From: Lingula anatina
Lineage: Eukaryota > Animalia > Brachiopoda
DNA: 37,062 nt
Reading direction: 5' to 3'
Assembly: GCA_051362555.1 (NCBI GenBank)
Contig: JBPQGU010000012.1
Coordinates: 1 to 37,062, forward strand
Below the pieces are notes generated by a model. It saw only the letters and a list, made by a program, of their open reading frames with translations. It had not been told where the DNA came from and searched no databases. Both the position numbers and the translations under genes were made by a program. Numbering within the stretch: position 1 is the stretch's first letter; every line of letters begins with the position of its first letter. This document shows, piece after piece, positions 22,801 through 32,259 of the stretch.

Positions 22801-22803
22801 TAA
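10806..22803 (+). CDS. Ig-superfamily type I membrane receptor gene A (SP-V-C-stalk-TM-ITAM-like tail), 7 exons, 413 aa
   Basis: Hand-spliced with GT-AG, all introns phase 1: 10806-10860, 11468-11842, 12650-12961, 13232-13273, 21552-21587, 21876-21896, 22403-22803. Total 1242 nt, open frame. Every exon has a collinear counterpart in gene B. Confidence 0.88.
11113..11123 (-). promoter_or_regulatory. Conserved intron-1 ETS-type site ACTTCCTGGTA
   Basis: Identical 11-mer at 1092, 6278 and 11113 in otherwise diverged introns; mutated in psi3 (35610). Confidence 0.45.
11468..11842 (+). CDS. Gene A exon 2, V-set Ig domain
   Basis: Acceptor TTTTTAG, donor GTAAGT. Motifs L.C (strand B), FTLTI (strand E) and DEGSYRC (strand F, DxGxYxC). 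The two Cys are 74 aa apart. Confidence 0.92.
12650..12961 (+). CDS. Gene A exon 3, C-type Ig domain (C1-like / CD80-type C2)
   Basis: VSCSSDGGRPAPEIKW...TFLVES.V...VFCQLLHDSL, the pattern seen in nectin/B7/butyrophilin membrane-proximal domains. N-glycosylation sequon NET. AG/GT boundaries. Confidence 0.9.
13232..13273 (+). CDS. Gene A stalk micro-exon 1 (APSTTTTMKSTNHA)
   Basis: TTTTTTAG acceptor, CAG|GTAGG donor, 42 nt in frame. Paralogue at 30318-30356. Confidence 0.8.
15925..15969 (+). ncRNA. Minimal type I hammerhead ribozyme motif (Penelope/retrozyme-like)
   Basis: TGCAG-CTGATGA-A-GGTCA(cttgt)TGACC-GAAA-A(GCGC)T-TT-CTGCA: stem I 5 bp, stem II 5 bp, minimal stem III with a palindromic loop. 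Confidence 0.7.
16345..19247 (-). mobile_element. 5'-truncated non-LTR retrotransposon (LINE; RTEX- or L2/CR1-group-like) nested in the DNA transposon
   Basis: AATAAA plus (TTA)n 3' tail at 16345-16367. Imperfect TSD TATTTT(A/G)ATAA at 16339-49 and 19248-58. Starts within the APE endonuclease. Confidence 0.88.
16462..19236 (-). CDS. LINE ORF2: C-terminal part of APE endonuclease, reverse transcriptase and C-terminal Cys/His motif
   Basis: 924-aa uninterrupted ORF: STVDY...SDH (EN end), NYRGL, QAGFR, FIDFKKAFD, QGDNLSP, YADD, YLG, and CxxC...EDEKHFFLTC. Confidence 0.95.
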   Translation of the reverse strand: MKILNGRTIGNSLGYFTCYNRQGCSTVDYAIVSDGLLSDVNFFTIHPIDYLSDHCLLELSIRTNVIQKSAISTTVHRFNEQYIWKPDSPEKFLNALEDDESINEISKLQCTHFPNTKEGVNKACNELQNILCNAANKSLAKRKPPRNGTNKTKRVKKHPWFDGTCAEIRRNIKHLGKLLQNNPGNNFVAHTYHEASRKYKQLIKRKKREHKDFLLKRLLENEEKNPKEFWEVFKNLKEKETRHNLISPDIWLKHFHQLCGIAPKENNIIDAPLKEMERQEGIPILDSAITCHEVKNALKKLKSGKAAGEDAIKNEMLKVGTQYLAIVITKIFNLILNTTEIPDTWNLGIIIPIHKSGEHMNPSNYRGLCITSCLGKLFNSILCKRLTDYLQNEHLLSEEQAGFRPGYRTTDHIFTLKSLVNRYVNQNKRLYACFIDFKKAFDTVWHKGLMYKLLKLGIGGKFYKLIKAMYSQTKLGISVGEGYTEPFYSKLGIKQGDNLSPVLFNIFIDDVKTALNPNGDERLFHILYADDLVLLSETSDGLQKSLSRLEKYCKKWQLQVNEKKCKILIFNKAGKTEQHLKFTINENILENVTEYTYLGITFTNTGNLKKAIHNLKQKAMKAMFALKSTLSSQNISNPLLQMKLFDKTVKPILLYGSEVWGQEILKEKSPSLDKINNTSFEQIHLKMCKWVLGVRKTASNNACRAELGRYPILTDIIKSMQKYHTRLKNLPNTRILKQTFSEEKLLKIDNWTKTVAAFRQNWGIQHWDETSDLEKEINLKIEDLFWKELNKENHNKLRTYRKIKNSYDLENYLKMNATSSDKKYLAKMRISDHELAIEKGRHMKITLEQRTCTSCKTEIEDEKHFFLTCSKYQIERQNMLSSLPNTVRQNYELAGSDQKLFILLNPQDQKSLKALSQYIQLATR
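21552..21587 (+). CDS. Gene A stalk micro-exon 2 (ALSANKPAKSTG)
   Basis: TTTTTTTCAG acceptor, GTAGG donor, 36 nt. Paralogue at 31033-31068. Confidence 0.75.
21876..21896 (+). CDS. Gene A stalk micro-exon 3 (VSPSTTT)
   Basis: Pyrimidine tract plus TGCAG acceptor, weaker GTAATT donor, 21 nt, Ser/Thr-rich. Paralogue at 31357-31377. Confidence 0.6.
22403..22803 (+). CDS. Gene A last exon: TM helix and tyrosine-motif cytoplasmic tail
   Basis: TACAG acceptor. Hydrophobic VSIIVISLLAMCLFCIIAYLVF followed by basic RIRSLSRRLK. Tail has YDDT, YEEL-x9-YMEL and YNYI*. Confidence 0.88.
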
Positions 22804-23727
22804 CTTTCCAAGGATGATGTCAAGACTAGTCAATTCAACGGTGGCCCAGATGAGTGATTGTATTGTATAATATACCTAATGGTTAAAATATTAAACCCTT
22901 AAATAATAGGAAATTATCATGAAAATTGCAGATTTAACGATCTTGAACTCCACATTTTGTGGCAGTACAATAGTTGAAGATGTTTCGTTATACATGCAGT
23001 CAGGAACCTCTCAACATGTACTTGGTTCGTAATTAAAAAGATCCACAATGTTCAATGTATAACAAAATGACTTGAAGAAATTTAAATTTACATGCATATG
23101 TCATACAATCATCAAAGTGTTATGCTTCTTGCATACAAGTATATGACGCATCCAAAACATTTTATAGTAATTGATTCCGATTTTAAGTATTTTCACACTG
23201 TACAGTATTGAATTATGATAACATGCTAGTTTGGTGTCGCAAGCTACGACTAAACTGTTAAGGGAGCACATCTGTGATTTTAGGCATTAATAAAATCAAT
23301 TAATTGTTGAAAACTTGTTGGTATTGGCTGTAATACTTTTGTTACTTTCCAAGACTGCGTTGCATTTTCACATTACGTAGGACGATTCAAAAATTTGCTT
23401 TCACTGTGTCAATGTGTTGCTTATTACTTTGCTTAAATATATTTATTCCTAGATATATAAATCATCATTTATTGCTTTTAGCGTCTTCGACCTGTTGCCT
23501 AAACTTTTGGGTTTTATAGGAATTGTCGCTAGCTTAATCAATTGTAAGTAAGTATTGCATTGAGGAATATATCTCAATAATCTTTTATAAATGATTGGCT
23601 TTTATTACATTGAGGTTTTATGCTCTGTAAGAATCACTTAAAACCGTTAGCGCAATGTGTAGTGTTACATAAGGATTTGGAAATTATTTAAAAAATTTAA
23701 AAATATTTTTTCTCGATTTTTAAGATA

Positions 23728-23963
23728 CACACACTGGACAATAGAAGTGTCACCCCTACTGAACTAATACTTTGGGGGAGATAAATGACAGTGGAATGAT
23801 ATGCTCCTGGTTTCATTTTATTAACATCAGATTTCACAAAAAGACCAACAATACAATTCCATTGTACAGTGGTTTTATACTCATTAGTTACATTTTAAGT
23901 AGACCAAGCATTTTAACTTTGATTACTCTGATTCAGGGGGTGACAATTCTATTGTCCAGTGTG
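23728..23963. mobile_element. Tc1/mariner-type MITE
   Basis: TIR CACACTGGACAATAGAA(G/T)TGTCACCCC, TA on both sides. Empty site TTTTTAAGATATCTG in the paralogous flank at ~8563-8578. Confidence 0.85.
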
Positions 23964-24557
23964 TATATATGTTTTTAATATCTATTTATCTATTTAAGTA
24001 TTTTTGTTATATTTCTTTTAGATTCCATCCTTACTGAGCTTAATTATATGCCCGTCAATTTAAAATACCAAATATTTGCATACAAACACATCAATAAGAG
24101 GTGAAATGTGTTATGCTAGAAATTTCTGTGTGCGTCTACGTGTGTGCACGTGCGCGCGCGTGTGTGTGTGTTGGCGGGTGTGGGAGTGAACACACCGTGT
24201 CGTGTTGCATTTTCATATTTTGATGAAAGACCTAGAAATCAATGTTACCTATTATTACTCTGACTATGTGTTGTTAAGATATCACTGTAAAGAACCGCCT
24301 TAGATTCATTGTATTTTTATACAGTCGTTCACAAATGGTATTGCCTTGTTTAAATGAAGAATTCATTTTAAAATATATCATTTATTAGCCAATTATAACT
24401 TTATAGAACTGCCAGCTTGCCTCATCTTTCAGATTGTATACGAACCATAGCTACCTTTATCAAGCGTTGATAATTTTGTATGTATGAGCCTGATGAACCG
24501 TGTGTGTGAAGGATTAAACGCTAGCATTGTTTACTTAAAGCTAGATAGGTTTTTTTT

Positions 24558-24862
24558 ACCTCCGCCAAGGAGGTTATGATTTAAGTTCCGTTAGTTTGTC
24601 TGTCTGTCTATACATGTATGTCTATCTGTCTGTTAGCAACATTACAGAAAAAGTTTTGGACCGATTTTGATGGAATTTTCAGGAATTGTCAGAAGTGGGC
24701 CAAGGAACAGATGGTTAGTTTTTGGTAGTGATCAGAATCATTAATCAATCAATAATATAAAAAAACTAAATCATTATAGAATGAAAATTTAGGGGTGAAA
24801 CGGCATTGGGTGGAGACTTTGCTGCCTTGGCGGAGGTCTGCGCTCTCGGAGTGCTTCTCTAG
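24558..24862 (+). mobile_element. Helentron-associated HINE/DINE-1-like element
   Basis: 5' ACCTCCGCCAAGGAGGT, (GTCT)n microsatellite, 3' inverted CCTTGGCGGAGGT, hairpin GCGCTC-TCG-GAGTGC, CTAG end, inserted in a T-run. Confidence 0.8.
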
Positions 24863-24872
24863 TTTTACTTAT

Positions 24873-24963
24873 GGCCACACTTTTTTATTTTTATGGATGA
24901 CATCCTCTGGGGACCCCAAAATGGGTGCGAGCGGGCGAAAAAAAAAAAAAAAAAAAAACAGTC

Positions 24964-24996
<33 letters not shown>

Positions 24997-25949
24997 GCTT
25001 AAGAAAAGTTATGTTTTCAGTACACAGCTGGAAACACTAATTTACCACAGAAACACGTATCAAACTAACAATATGTCTTTATCCATGCTCTCAAAATATT
25101 AAAGCATTGTAAATAGGGCCTACTTCGTAGAAAGGTAAAAAGTCATGAATATAAATGCTGCATATTACCAAATCTATTTAAGGTTATTTCATGCATTTTG
25201 TTGGTATAGCAATCAATAAAACAAATATCAAATAAACAGCGTGTCTTTATTTGTACTCTCAGAAAATTAAAGCATTGTAAACACTTCACAGAATTGTTAA
25301 AAAAATGAGGCAAAGATAGGCCTATGCTTCCTACAGTACTACCAAATCTAAAAAAGGTAATTTCGGTCGATGCCATTTTGTCTACTTCGACTCACACGTA
25401 GCAGCCAACTATCGGGTGGCCTGCCCGACCTTCAGTCCACCAAATACCACGACGCTCTTGTCGACCCTTTTTACGCTACAAAAAAAACCTGGTATGTGCT
25501 GCTTTGGACAGAATGTCACTGAAATTTTCCGGGTGATGATCAGCATTTTGTATAACTGTAAAAGGGTGATATCTCCATGTCCAATATCAATGGCAAACCA
25601 ATCCAAAACGACGGCCCCCGTTCTCTTTATGACTTTAATTGTCGTGTATTTTGAAATTAATGCTAGAGATGAATTTGACGGCAAGCGGCCATATTTCCAT
25701 GTGGTGATAATACGCATGCACAGAAAGCTCATTTTCCGCACTCGGAGCTACTCGGATGTCTCCGCGCTCGACAATGACAGTATGGAGCTTGCGGAATTAG
25801 CCGAGGATTGCCGATTGCATTTTCCGGCAAATTCAATAACGACGTTTGCGACAACCGACTTCCTTGGAGGTGTTTTTTTTTTTTTTGGAGAACGGACGAA
25901 AATCGGTGCGCGCGCAGGATGTCATCCATGAAAATAAAAAAGTGTGGCC
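24873..25949. mobile_element. Non-autonomous TIR DNA transposon (Zator/Harbinger-like ends)
   Basis: ~33-bp TIR GGCCACACTTTTTTATTTT(T/C)ATGGATGACATCCT and 3-bp TAT direct repeat on both sides. Confidence 0.8.
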
Positions 25950-26617
25950 TATGTTTTGTAGTTTATAGTTTATATTTTAACCAAGTGTTTTAATCTTTAC
26001 GTCCTATTTGAAGACAAATGTTCTTGGATGAGAAAAATCGTAAAATCCGTTCTGTGTTTTAATTTAAAAAGTGCTGGATAGTTAGGCTGATATTAAATTA
26101 AAGTCTTGCTTGCTTGTTTATTCGTATGTTTGCTTGTTTATTCCTTTAATTGTATTATTTGAGTACAAATTAGATTTGTAGAAAGGGATTTTACAATAAT
26201 ATTATAAATGGAAGTCGCTTGAATTTCTACTAGAGACTTTGTATTGCAGGTTTTCATGCACGCATTTATTATTAAATAAAACCGCTTATAAAACATTTTC
26301 GTGCATCATGCAATCACTTGACAGTTTCCTTATGTACCTATGAAGCCAAGTCCTTATAAGAGCGATTTCAATAATATTTGCCCTTTCTTGACATATTTCG
26401 GAAAATAGAATAGCAGTGATCCACTCTCAAGTAGGCCTACAGTAATTTACCGATGCTGAAAATTTTCCAGCATAACGTTCTGTATACAGCAGGTTAATTG
26501 TGTTAGGTGTGTTTTGTTGATTATCGGGGAGCGACGGGGTTGTTATTTTTAGCTGCCAATAAAAAAACCCCAGGAAGTACCTGTACCTGCGGCTAAAGGC
26601 AACATCACGGAGGAAAA

Positions 26618-26672
26618 ATGAAGACGTGGTGTGTTTATGTGCTGCTGTTTGTAACTCCATATACAACTGAAG
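26618..26672 (+). CDS. Gene B exon 1, signal peptide MKTWCVYVLLFVTPYTTE(G)
   Basis: 55 nt, donor GTAGG, homologous to gene A exon 1. Confidence 0.82.
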
Positions 26673-29600
26673 GTAGGGACTAAGCATGATATTCTATACT
26701 TTAAAATAATTTAATAGTCTTGAAGATTCGTCAGCTTAACCTCCGCATAAACAACAGGATGATCGCTTCTATAGACCCCCCACGTGGCGCGTTTTCAAAA
26801 GATAAAGAACAAAAACAACTTCACACGCCATTTTAAACAAGATGATGACAATTTCTAACATTTACGATAAAAAAAAATTATTATGGCTCTTTAGGTTATA
26901 TTATGAGGCCAATCGTAAAAAATACTTCCTTCATAGTAGGAGTACTACGCACCCAATAGAAGTTTTTGATGCCACTAGGGAGGTCAGGTCACACCGCTCA
27001 CGCAGTCGAAAACGGGAAGAAATCTAACCTCGCTGTTTGTTTTCCATCATTACTTCCAGGATTTGGGTCCTATGATAAATATGAAAGTATATTTAAAAAG
27101 TGCATTGAATGGGCTTTCGAACAATATGTGTAACAATGTATCATGTCTCTGTTGTTAGCCTCCAGCCACGAAAATGCTGCGAGAAATCGCCGGTGATTTC
27201 ACTTCCTCGTTTGGTACCCACTATTAAAGAATTTTGCTCAACCTGCGCGTTTCGCGCCATTTTTCTAAAATAAAAGCTCCGTACGGCGTCCCGGATGTTA
27301 TTTCGTCGTATTTGGCCACATATTCATGCAGAGAATGATCCAACCGTTCGACTGAGGGGTTACAGAAGTTGATTTAACCGAAAACAGCAACCACAACTAG
27401 CTTGTAAAGTTTTTAATCGTGTTTTACAGTTAGAGTAACGAAGTTCTGAAAATTCTGTTACCCCTACCTAGATAATTAAACTAATTCTTGGTTCAATTTA
27501 GTTATCTATTTATCATTTTTTGGTAAGACAGAGCCGTAACAGCCGTTAGAAAATCAGTGACTTTGATCTTACGGCAAACAAAATGGCGAACGCACCAAGC
27601 TGTTCTGCTGATGAAAAAGCAACTGTACTTTCAGCACCCAAAGAGGATCAACATATCAGAATATCTAATCAGAAAATCTTTGAATTGTTCACGAAACCCA
27701 ATGATATTGATAAAACGTCTGCAATTCAAGAATATAGAGTTTATTTTATTTTTCAAACAAAGTATGAAATTACGTACGATATTGATGGGGCTAACTCGTT
27801 AGTGAACATAAAAAGGGGAATCTTAAAATCATGGAGATATGCAATAACTCTAGAATGGTTAATGAAAGTCGAACAAAAGTGAACAAAAGAAGTATTTATT
27901 TATTTTTTCTTAACACACACAAAAAAAGAAAAAAAAAAAGAAAAAAAGAAAGAAAATTCCTAAAACTCTCTCCAAAAAATCTCGCTGGTTTTTGTATTAC
28001 CTACCTGCTATGATGTCCAATATCAATTAATTTTTTTTTTTTGCAAAATTATAACTTACCAAAATCGGATATTATTTATTTTCATTGTGCATTCTGGCAT
28101 TTTTACTAGTTAAACCTTAAAATCGTATATGCAATTGTCATTGTAATATTGGTTGCCATGGCAACAGTGACAGAGTATTTGTTTACTATTTAACTTAAAT
28201 TCATAAACTGAGTACCAAGAGTGTTTCCCACTTCATATTCAGTTTAAAAATTCATGATAATGTGTAAAAAATAATTCAAACTGTTACCATAGCAACAGCT
28301 ATCATAATGACAATTTCTATAGCAACAGATACATTAGAAACTATTATTTTTTATTTTAATTACGGCACGTTATTTAGCATCATTTTCATCCAAAAGTAGC
28401 CTTTGGGCAGTGATGTTGAAGCCTTAGGATGAAAAAAAAAAAAAAGTATCGACCGCTATTGATATTTAGCAATGGTTGCCATGGAAATAATGGATAAATT
28501 ACAGAAAATTGTATCTTGTCAGATTCTTCTTGGCATAGTGTAACTTTCCAGAAAATTTCAAATGGATATTTTATTCCATTCAAAAGTTATGCCAATTTTG
28601 TTTAATTGATTGGGCAATTAGGTGACACTTTTGGCTTCCACTGTTACAAATGCTTGCATACAAGACTTTTTCAAAATTTTGTGGCTGACTAGCATTCTTG
28701 AAAATTTGATAACTTTTGATTGGCTTGCTTGATTTTCAAAAAATAAAATGTTTTGGAAAGCTCATAAATTGCTTTATCAGATAATATCATTTTGGCTGAT
28801 ATTTATGTTACTATCAAAGTTGACCTGACCTCCCTTATGCCATAGTGGTATGATAAGGCAAGAAGAATAACATGACCTTTTACCTTTCTGCGCCTATTTG
28901 TGTAAATTTTGCTAACTAATTATCAATTATGCAGGTATACAGTATTATTGACTACAGTCCAACGCCTGTCAACACAATGCACCAACACAATAGGTTAACT
29001 TGCAACTTTCCATCTTAATCCGACTGCAATGATTGATACACCTCAAATACTGGTGTGACACTCACCACTGAAATGAACACTCTCAGATACATGGATACAA
29101 ATTGGATAATTGAGAGATTTCTTGCTAGACGTTTCCTGGGGTTTTTGATGAGTATAGTAATTCTATGTGCTTATACCATAGGTTTAGAGGTAACATTAGC
29201 TGATTTGCCGACCCATGGGTACGTCATGAATCCTGAGAGCGGCAACCCACAACCGTTAAACCTTGTGTGCAGTTACACAGTGGATCCCGGAGAGACAGCG
29301 CAGTACGTCGTATTCTACAAAGATGGAACGGGCACTGCAAACCAAATAGCAGGAATAGAAGTTTCTACTGGATATGCCATGAAGCAGAACGAATATAATA
29401 CGAGATCTGACGTGACGGTTACAGTCTCTGATCCATCATTCACTTTAACAATTGTTACAGTCACTCTGGCAGATGAGGGTAATTTTTACTGCAAAGTTTC
29501 CGCCCCATTCAATAATCCCGTTTTTACGACTCCAGTCCAGGCCCTCAAATTACTGTGTAAGTAAAAGTCGGTGCAATATTCATGCTAATAAAAACTTTTG

Positions 29601-32259
29601 TAATTGCTTTGTCTTTTACTAAATAATATTCCTCAAACCAAAAAATAGAACTTAAAACGTTCACATGGGGTAGTTTCACAAATTGTTGAGCTTTACGATA
29701 ATTTTCTTTTATGTTATAATTTATGATTTGCAGATCGGCCGAACCCGCCCCAGATTACAAGAGGACCTCAAGTCGCCACAGATACCTACCGGGTAACTTG
29801 TTCCTCTGATGGCGGAAGACCAGCACCTGAGATAAAGTGGTTTAAAATGCAAAGTTCTAACCAGATGCAGGTCAAGATGAATGAAACCTCGAACACGGTG
29901 ACACCCCAGGGAGACACCTTTCTGGTGGAAAGTGAAGTAGAAGTGATGGCAACCCAAGCAGATCCAGTTGAAGTTTTTTGCCAACTACTGCACGATTCTC
30001 TTACAAGTCAAACCAAAACAAGTGTTATAGTGCCGGGGAGTGCTGGTATGTATATTTGGTTCGTGTATTTTACTCGGATTGGTAGTTTGATCATTTCATT
30101 TCACTTGAGAACAAAAAATAAAGAGCTGGAAAAACCTAAACTTTACCGCAAAGAGCTTATATCTTTATTTGTAACATACTCTGTAAAACATATTTCAACA
30201 CTATACCTGTGCGTGCTCATTTTACTGCTTTTCTAAATCATTCTTCTTGGCTTGTGGATGTGCATGAGGTACATTTATTATTTCTTATCTTTAGAAGTGA
30301 CTGAATTCCCTTTTTAGCTCCTTCAACTACCACTACTGTGAAATCCACTAATGCAGGTAGGTACAATTTATGTTGGATTTATTTTTCTTAATTGCTTATT
30401 TTAAAACTATTTGTCCTGATAAAAAAGAATGGACGTGTTAAGTCCCCCATTCATTTCTTATACCTTATCCTGTTTGACCTATTTACATGGACTGCACATC
30501 CATACATTTATTATATGCACATCTACTTGGGCCGTAGAGATATATTTTAGATAAAATGTACACTTATGAATTATTTCCAATGTTTAATACAGACGTTAAG
30601 AACTATAATAAAAACTCCCTAAAATAGAAGTGCCTGACGTCGGTTGTTATTTTTGAAATATACAAGAAGTTATTTAGAAACAAATCGATTCCAATTGCCG
30701 TCAATGATTTGTTTGTAAGTTAAAATTGTCATTTTCAAAAGTCAATTTGGCAGGTAAACGCCGAATAGAGTGCCTTAAACATTACGTTTTTAAGGTAAAA
30801 TATCCTTCAAAAAGTGGACCAAAAAGCCTGGTAACTCTTAGAAGTTTGCAATATTTAAAATGATATAGTCACATTGATCTATGACAGTTCTGATACCAAA
30901 AATATACTCCAACACTCACTAGTTCTCGTTTTATTCTATTGCTCCAAATTTCTGCATTATTTGTCTTTGCAAGGGAATCGACAAGCCCAAAGTAGTCGAT
31001 TGAATAATAAGTGCCTCTTTATGTTTTTTCAGCTCTCTCAACTAGCAGCGTTGCCGTATCTACAGCAGGTAGGTGCAGTTCGGAGTAAATTGTTTTCGTT
31101 TGCTTCAAAATATGATAAATTTTTTTTAACCCAACCATTAGGTACGCGTTGGTTTAAGTCAATTCTCACGCTTTATCTGGCATAGCCAATTGGAAGATCA
31201 TACAGGTTTACATTCAACCACAACCTTTCCAGTTGTAATACAAACAATCTTAGTCAGTTTAGGTGACGCTTATTATTTTTCAGGGAATATACTTGGTTAC
31301 ATATTTATTTATTCATTTATAGTCTGTTTTGTATTTCTCTTATATCACATTTGCAGTGTCTCCAACTACAACAACATGTAATTAAACCAAGAGCACTGCG
31401 GAACACAAACTGAGGTGTACAGTACTCAGTACCTGTTGGTTGAAGGGGTGGGCGGGGTGGGGGCTTTGGTAACCGACCGTGAACTTCTACTTGATAATCC
31501 TCTTTGTACTGGGACACTCTCATACGGTTAACCATGCTTCGGTATCATAAACGTGAACGTGGCACATCATAAGACATTCCGGGTTGATATTTTACAGTTG
31601 AGCTACCAATGTGTATATTATGTTTCAGTTGAAAAAAGTCAGATAACTTCTACTCGATAATCTGTATCCATCACCCTCTCTTCTTGGTACTGGGACACTC
31701 TCATCCGACTAACTATGCTTCTGTACCATCCTTATAAATTAATGTGAACGTTGTAGATCATTAGACATTCCGGGTGAATATTTTAGTGTGGTCGTACCAA
31801 TGGGTATATTATGTTTCAGTTAACAAAAATCAGAAAGGATTATACTTGGCAACCCATTTAAATTATATCTTTTGTATTTCAGGCATTGATGGGGGAACAG
31901 TATCAATCATTGTGGTATCGTTGTTAGCAATGTGCCTTTTTTGCATAATTGCATACCTTGTATTCCGCACTCGGTCATTGTCCAGGAGACTCAAATCACA
32001 AGCTTCTGAACAGCAACATGGCAGTGTTATTACAAACACTGTTAACAGTCCATTCAATGTCCAAGTATCTATGAATCGCGCGACAGATCATTCCTCTGGT
32101 TTTGATGAGGTTCATGTTGACTATGACGATACTGCATTGGCGAATAGTTACGAAGAACTTCGGCGGGATAACCGTTCAGATGGGCAATACATGGAACTTG
32201 GAGAGAACCTATTGCCGTCTACCGCCACAAATGGTATTGGTGACTATAATTACATTTAA
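26618..32259 (+). CDS. Ig-superfamily type I membrane receptor gene B (SP-V-C-stalk-TM-ITAM-like tail), 7 exons, 404 aa
   Basis: Exons 26618-26672, 29182-29556, 29734-30045, 30318-30356, 31033-31068, 31357-31377, 31883-32259. Total 1215 nt, open frame, GT-AG phase-1 introns. Confidence 0.88.
26977..28835. mobile_element. 1.86-kb non-autonomous TIR element (Kolobok-like) in gene B intron 1
   Basis: 15-bp TIR AGGGAGGTCAGGTCA / TGACCTGACCTCCCT and internal GTTGCCATGGCAAC-type palindromes (28152, 28283, 28475). It accounts for intron 1 being 2.5 kb in B versus 0.6 kb in A. TSD is degenerate. Confidence 0.72.
29182..29556 (+). CDS. Gene B exon 2, V-set Ig domain
   Basis: 375 nt like gene A. LVC...FTLTI...DEGNFYC. 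ATAG acceptor, GTAAGT donor. Confidence 0.92.
29734..30045 (+). CDS. Gene B exon 3, C-type Ig domain
   Basis: 312 nt; 96 of 104 aa identical to gene A C exon. Confidence 0.9.
30318..31377 (+). CDS. Gene B stalk micro-exons 30318-30356 (APSTTTTVKSTNA), 31033-31068 (ALSTSSVAVSTA), 31357-31377 (VSPTTTT)
   Basis: AG/GT-bounded, lengths 39/36/21 nt, collinear with gene A. Confidence 0.72.
31883..32259 (+). CDS. Gene B last exon: TM helix and ITAM-like tail
   Basis: TTTCAG acceptor. VSIIVVSLLAMCLFCIIAYLVF, YEELRRDNRSDGQYMEL, YNYI*. Eight aa shorter than A in the proximal tail. Confidence 0.88.

Noticed and set aside
24795-25993. Poly-Lys ORFs and the 171-aa ORF 25416-25931
   Set aside because: They arise from poly(A) tracts and non-coding MITE interior; no recognisable domain.
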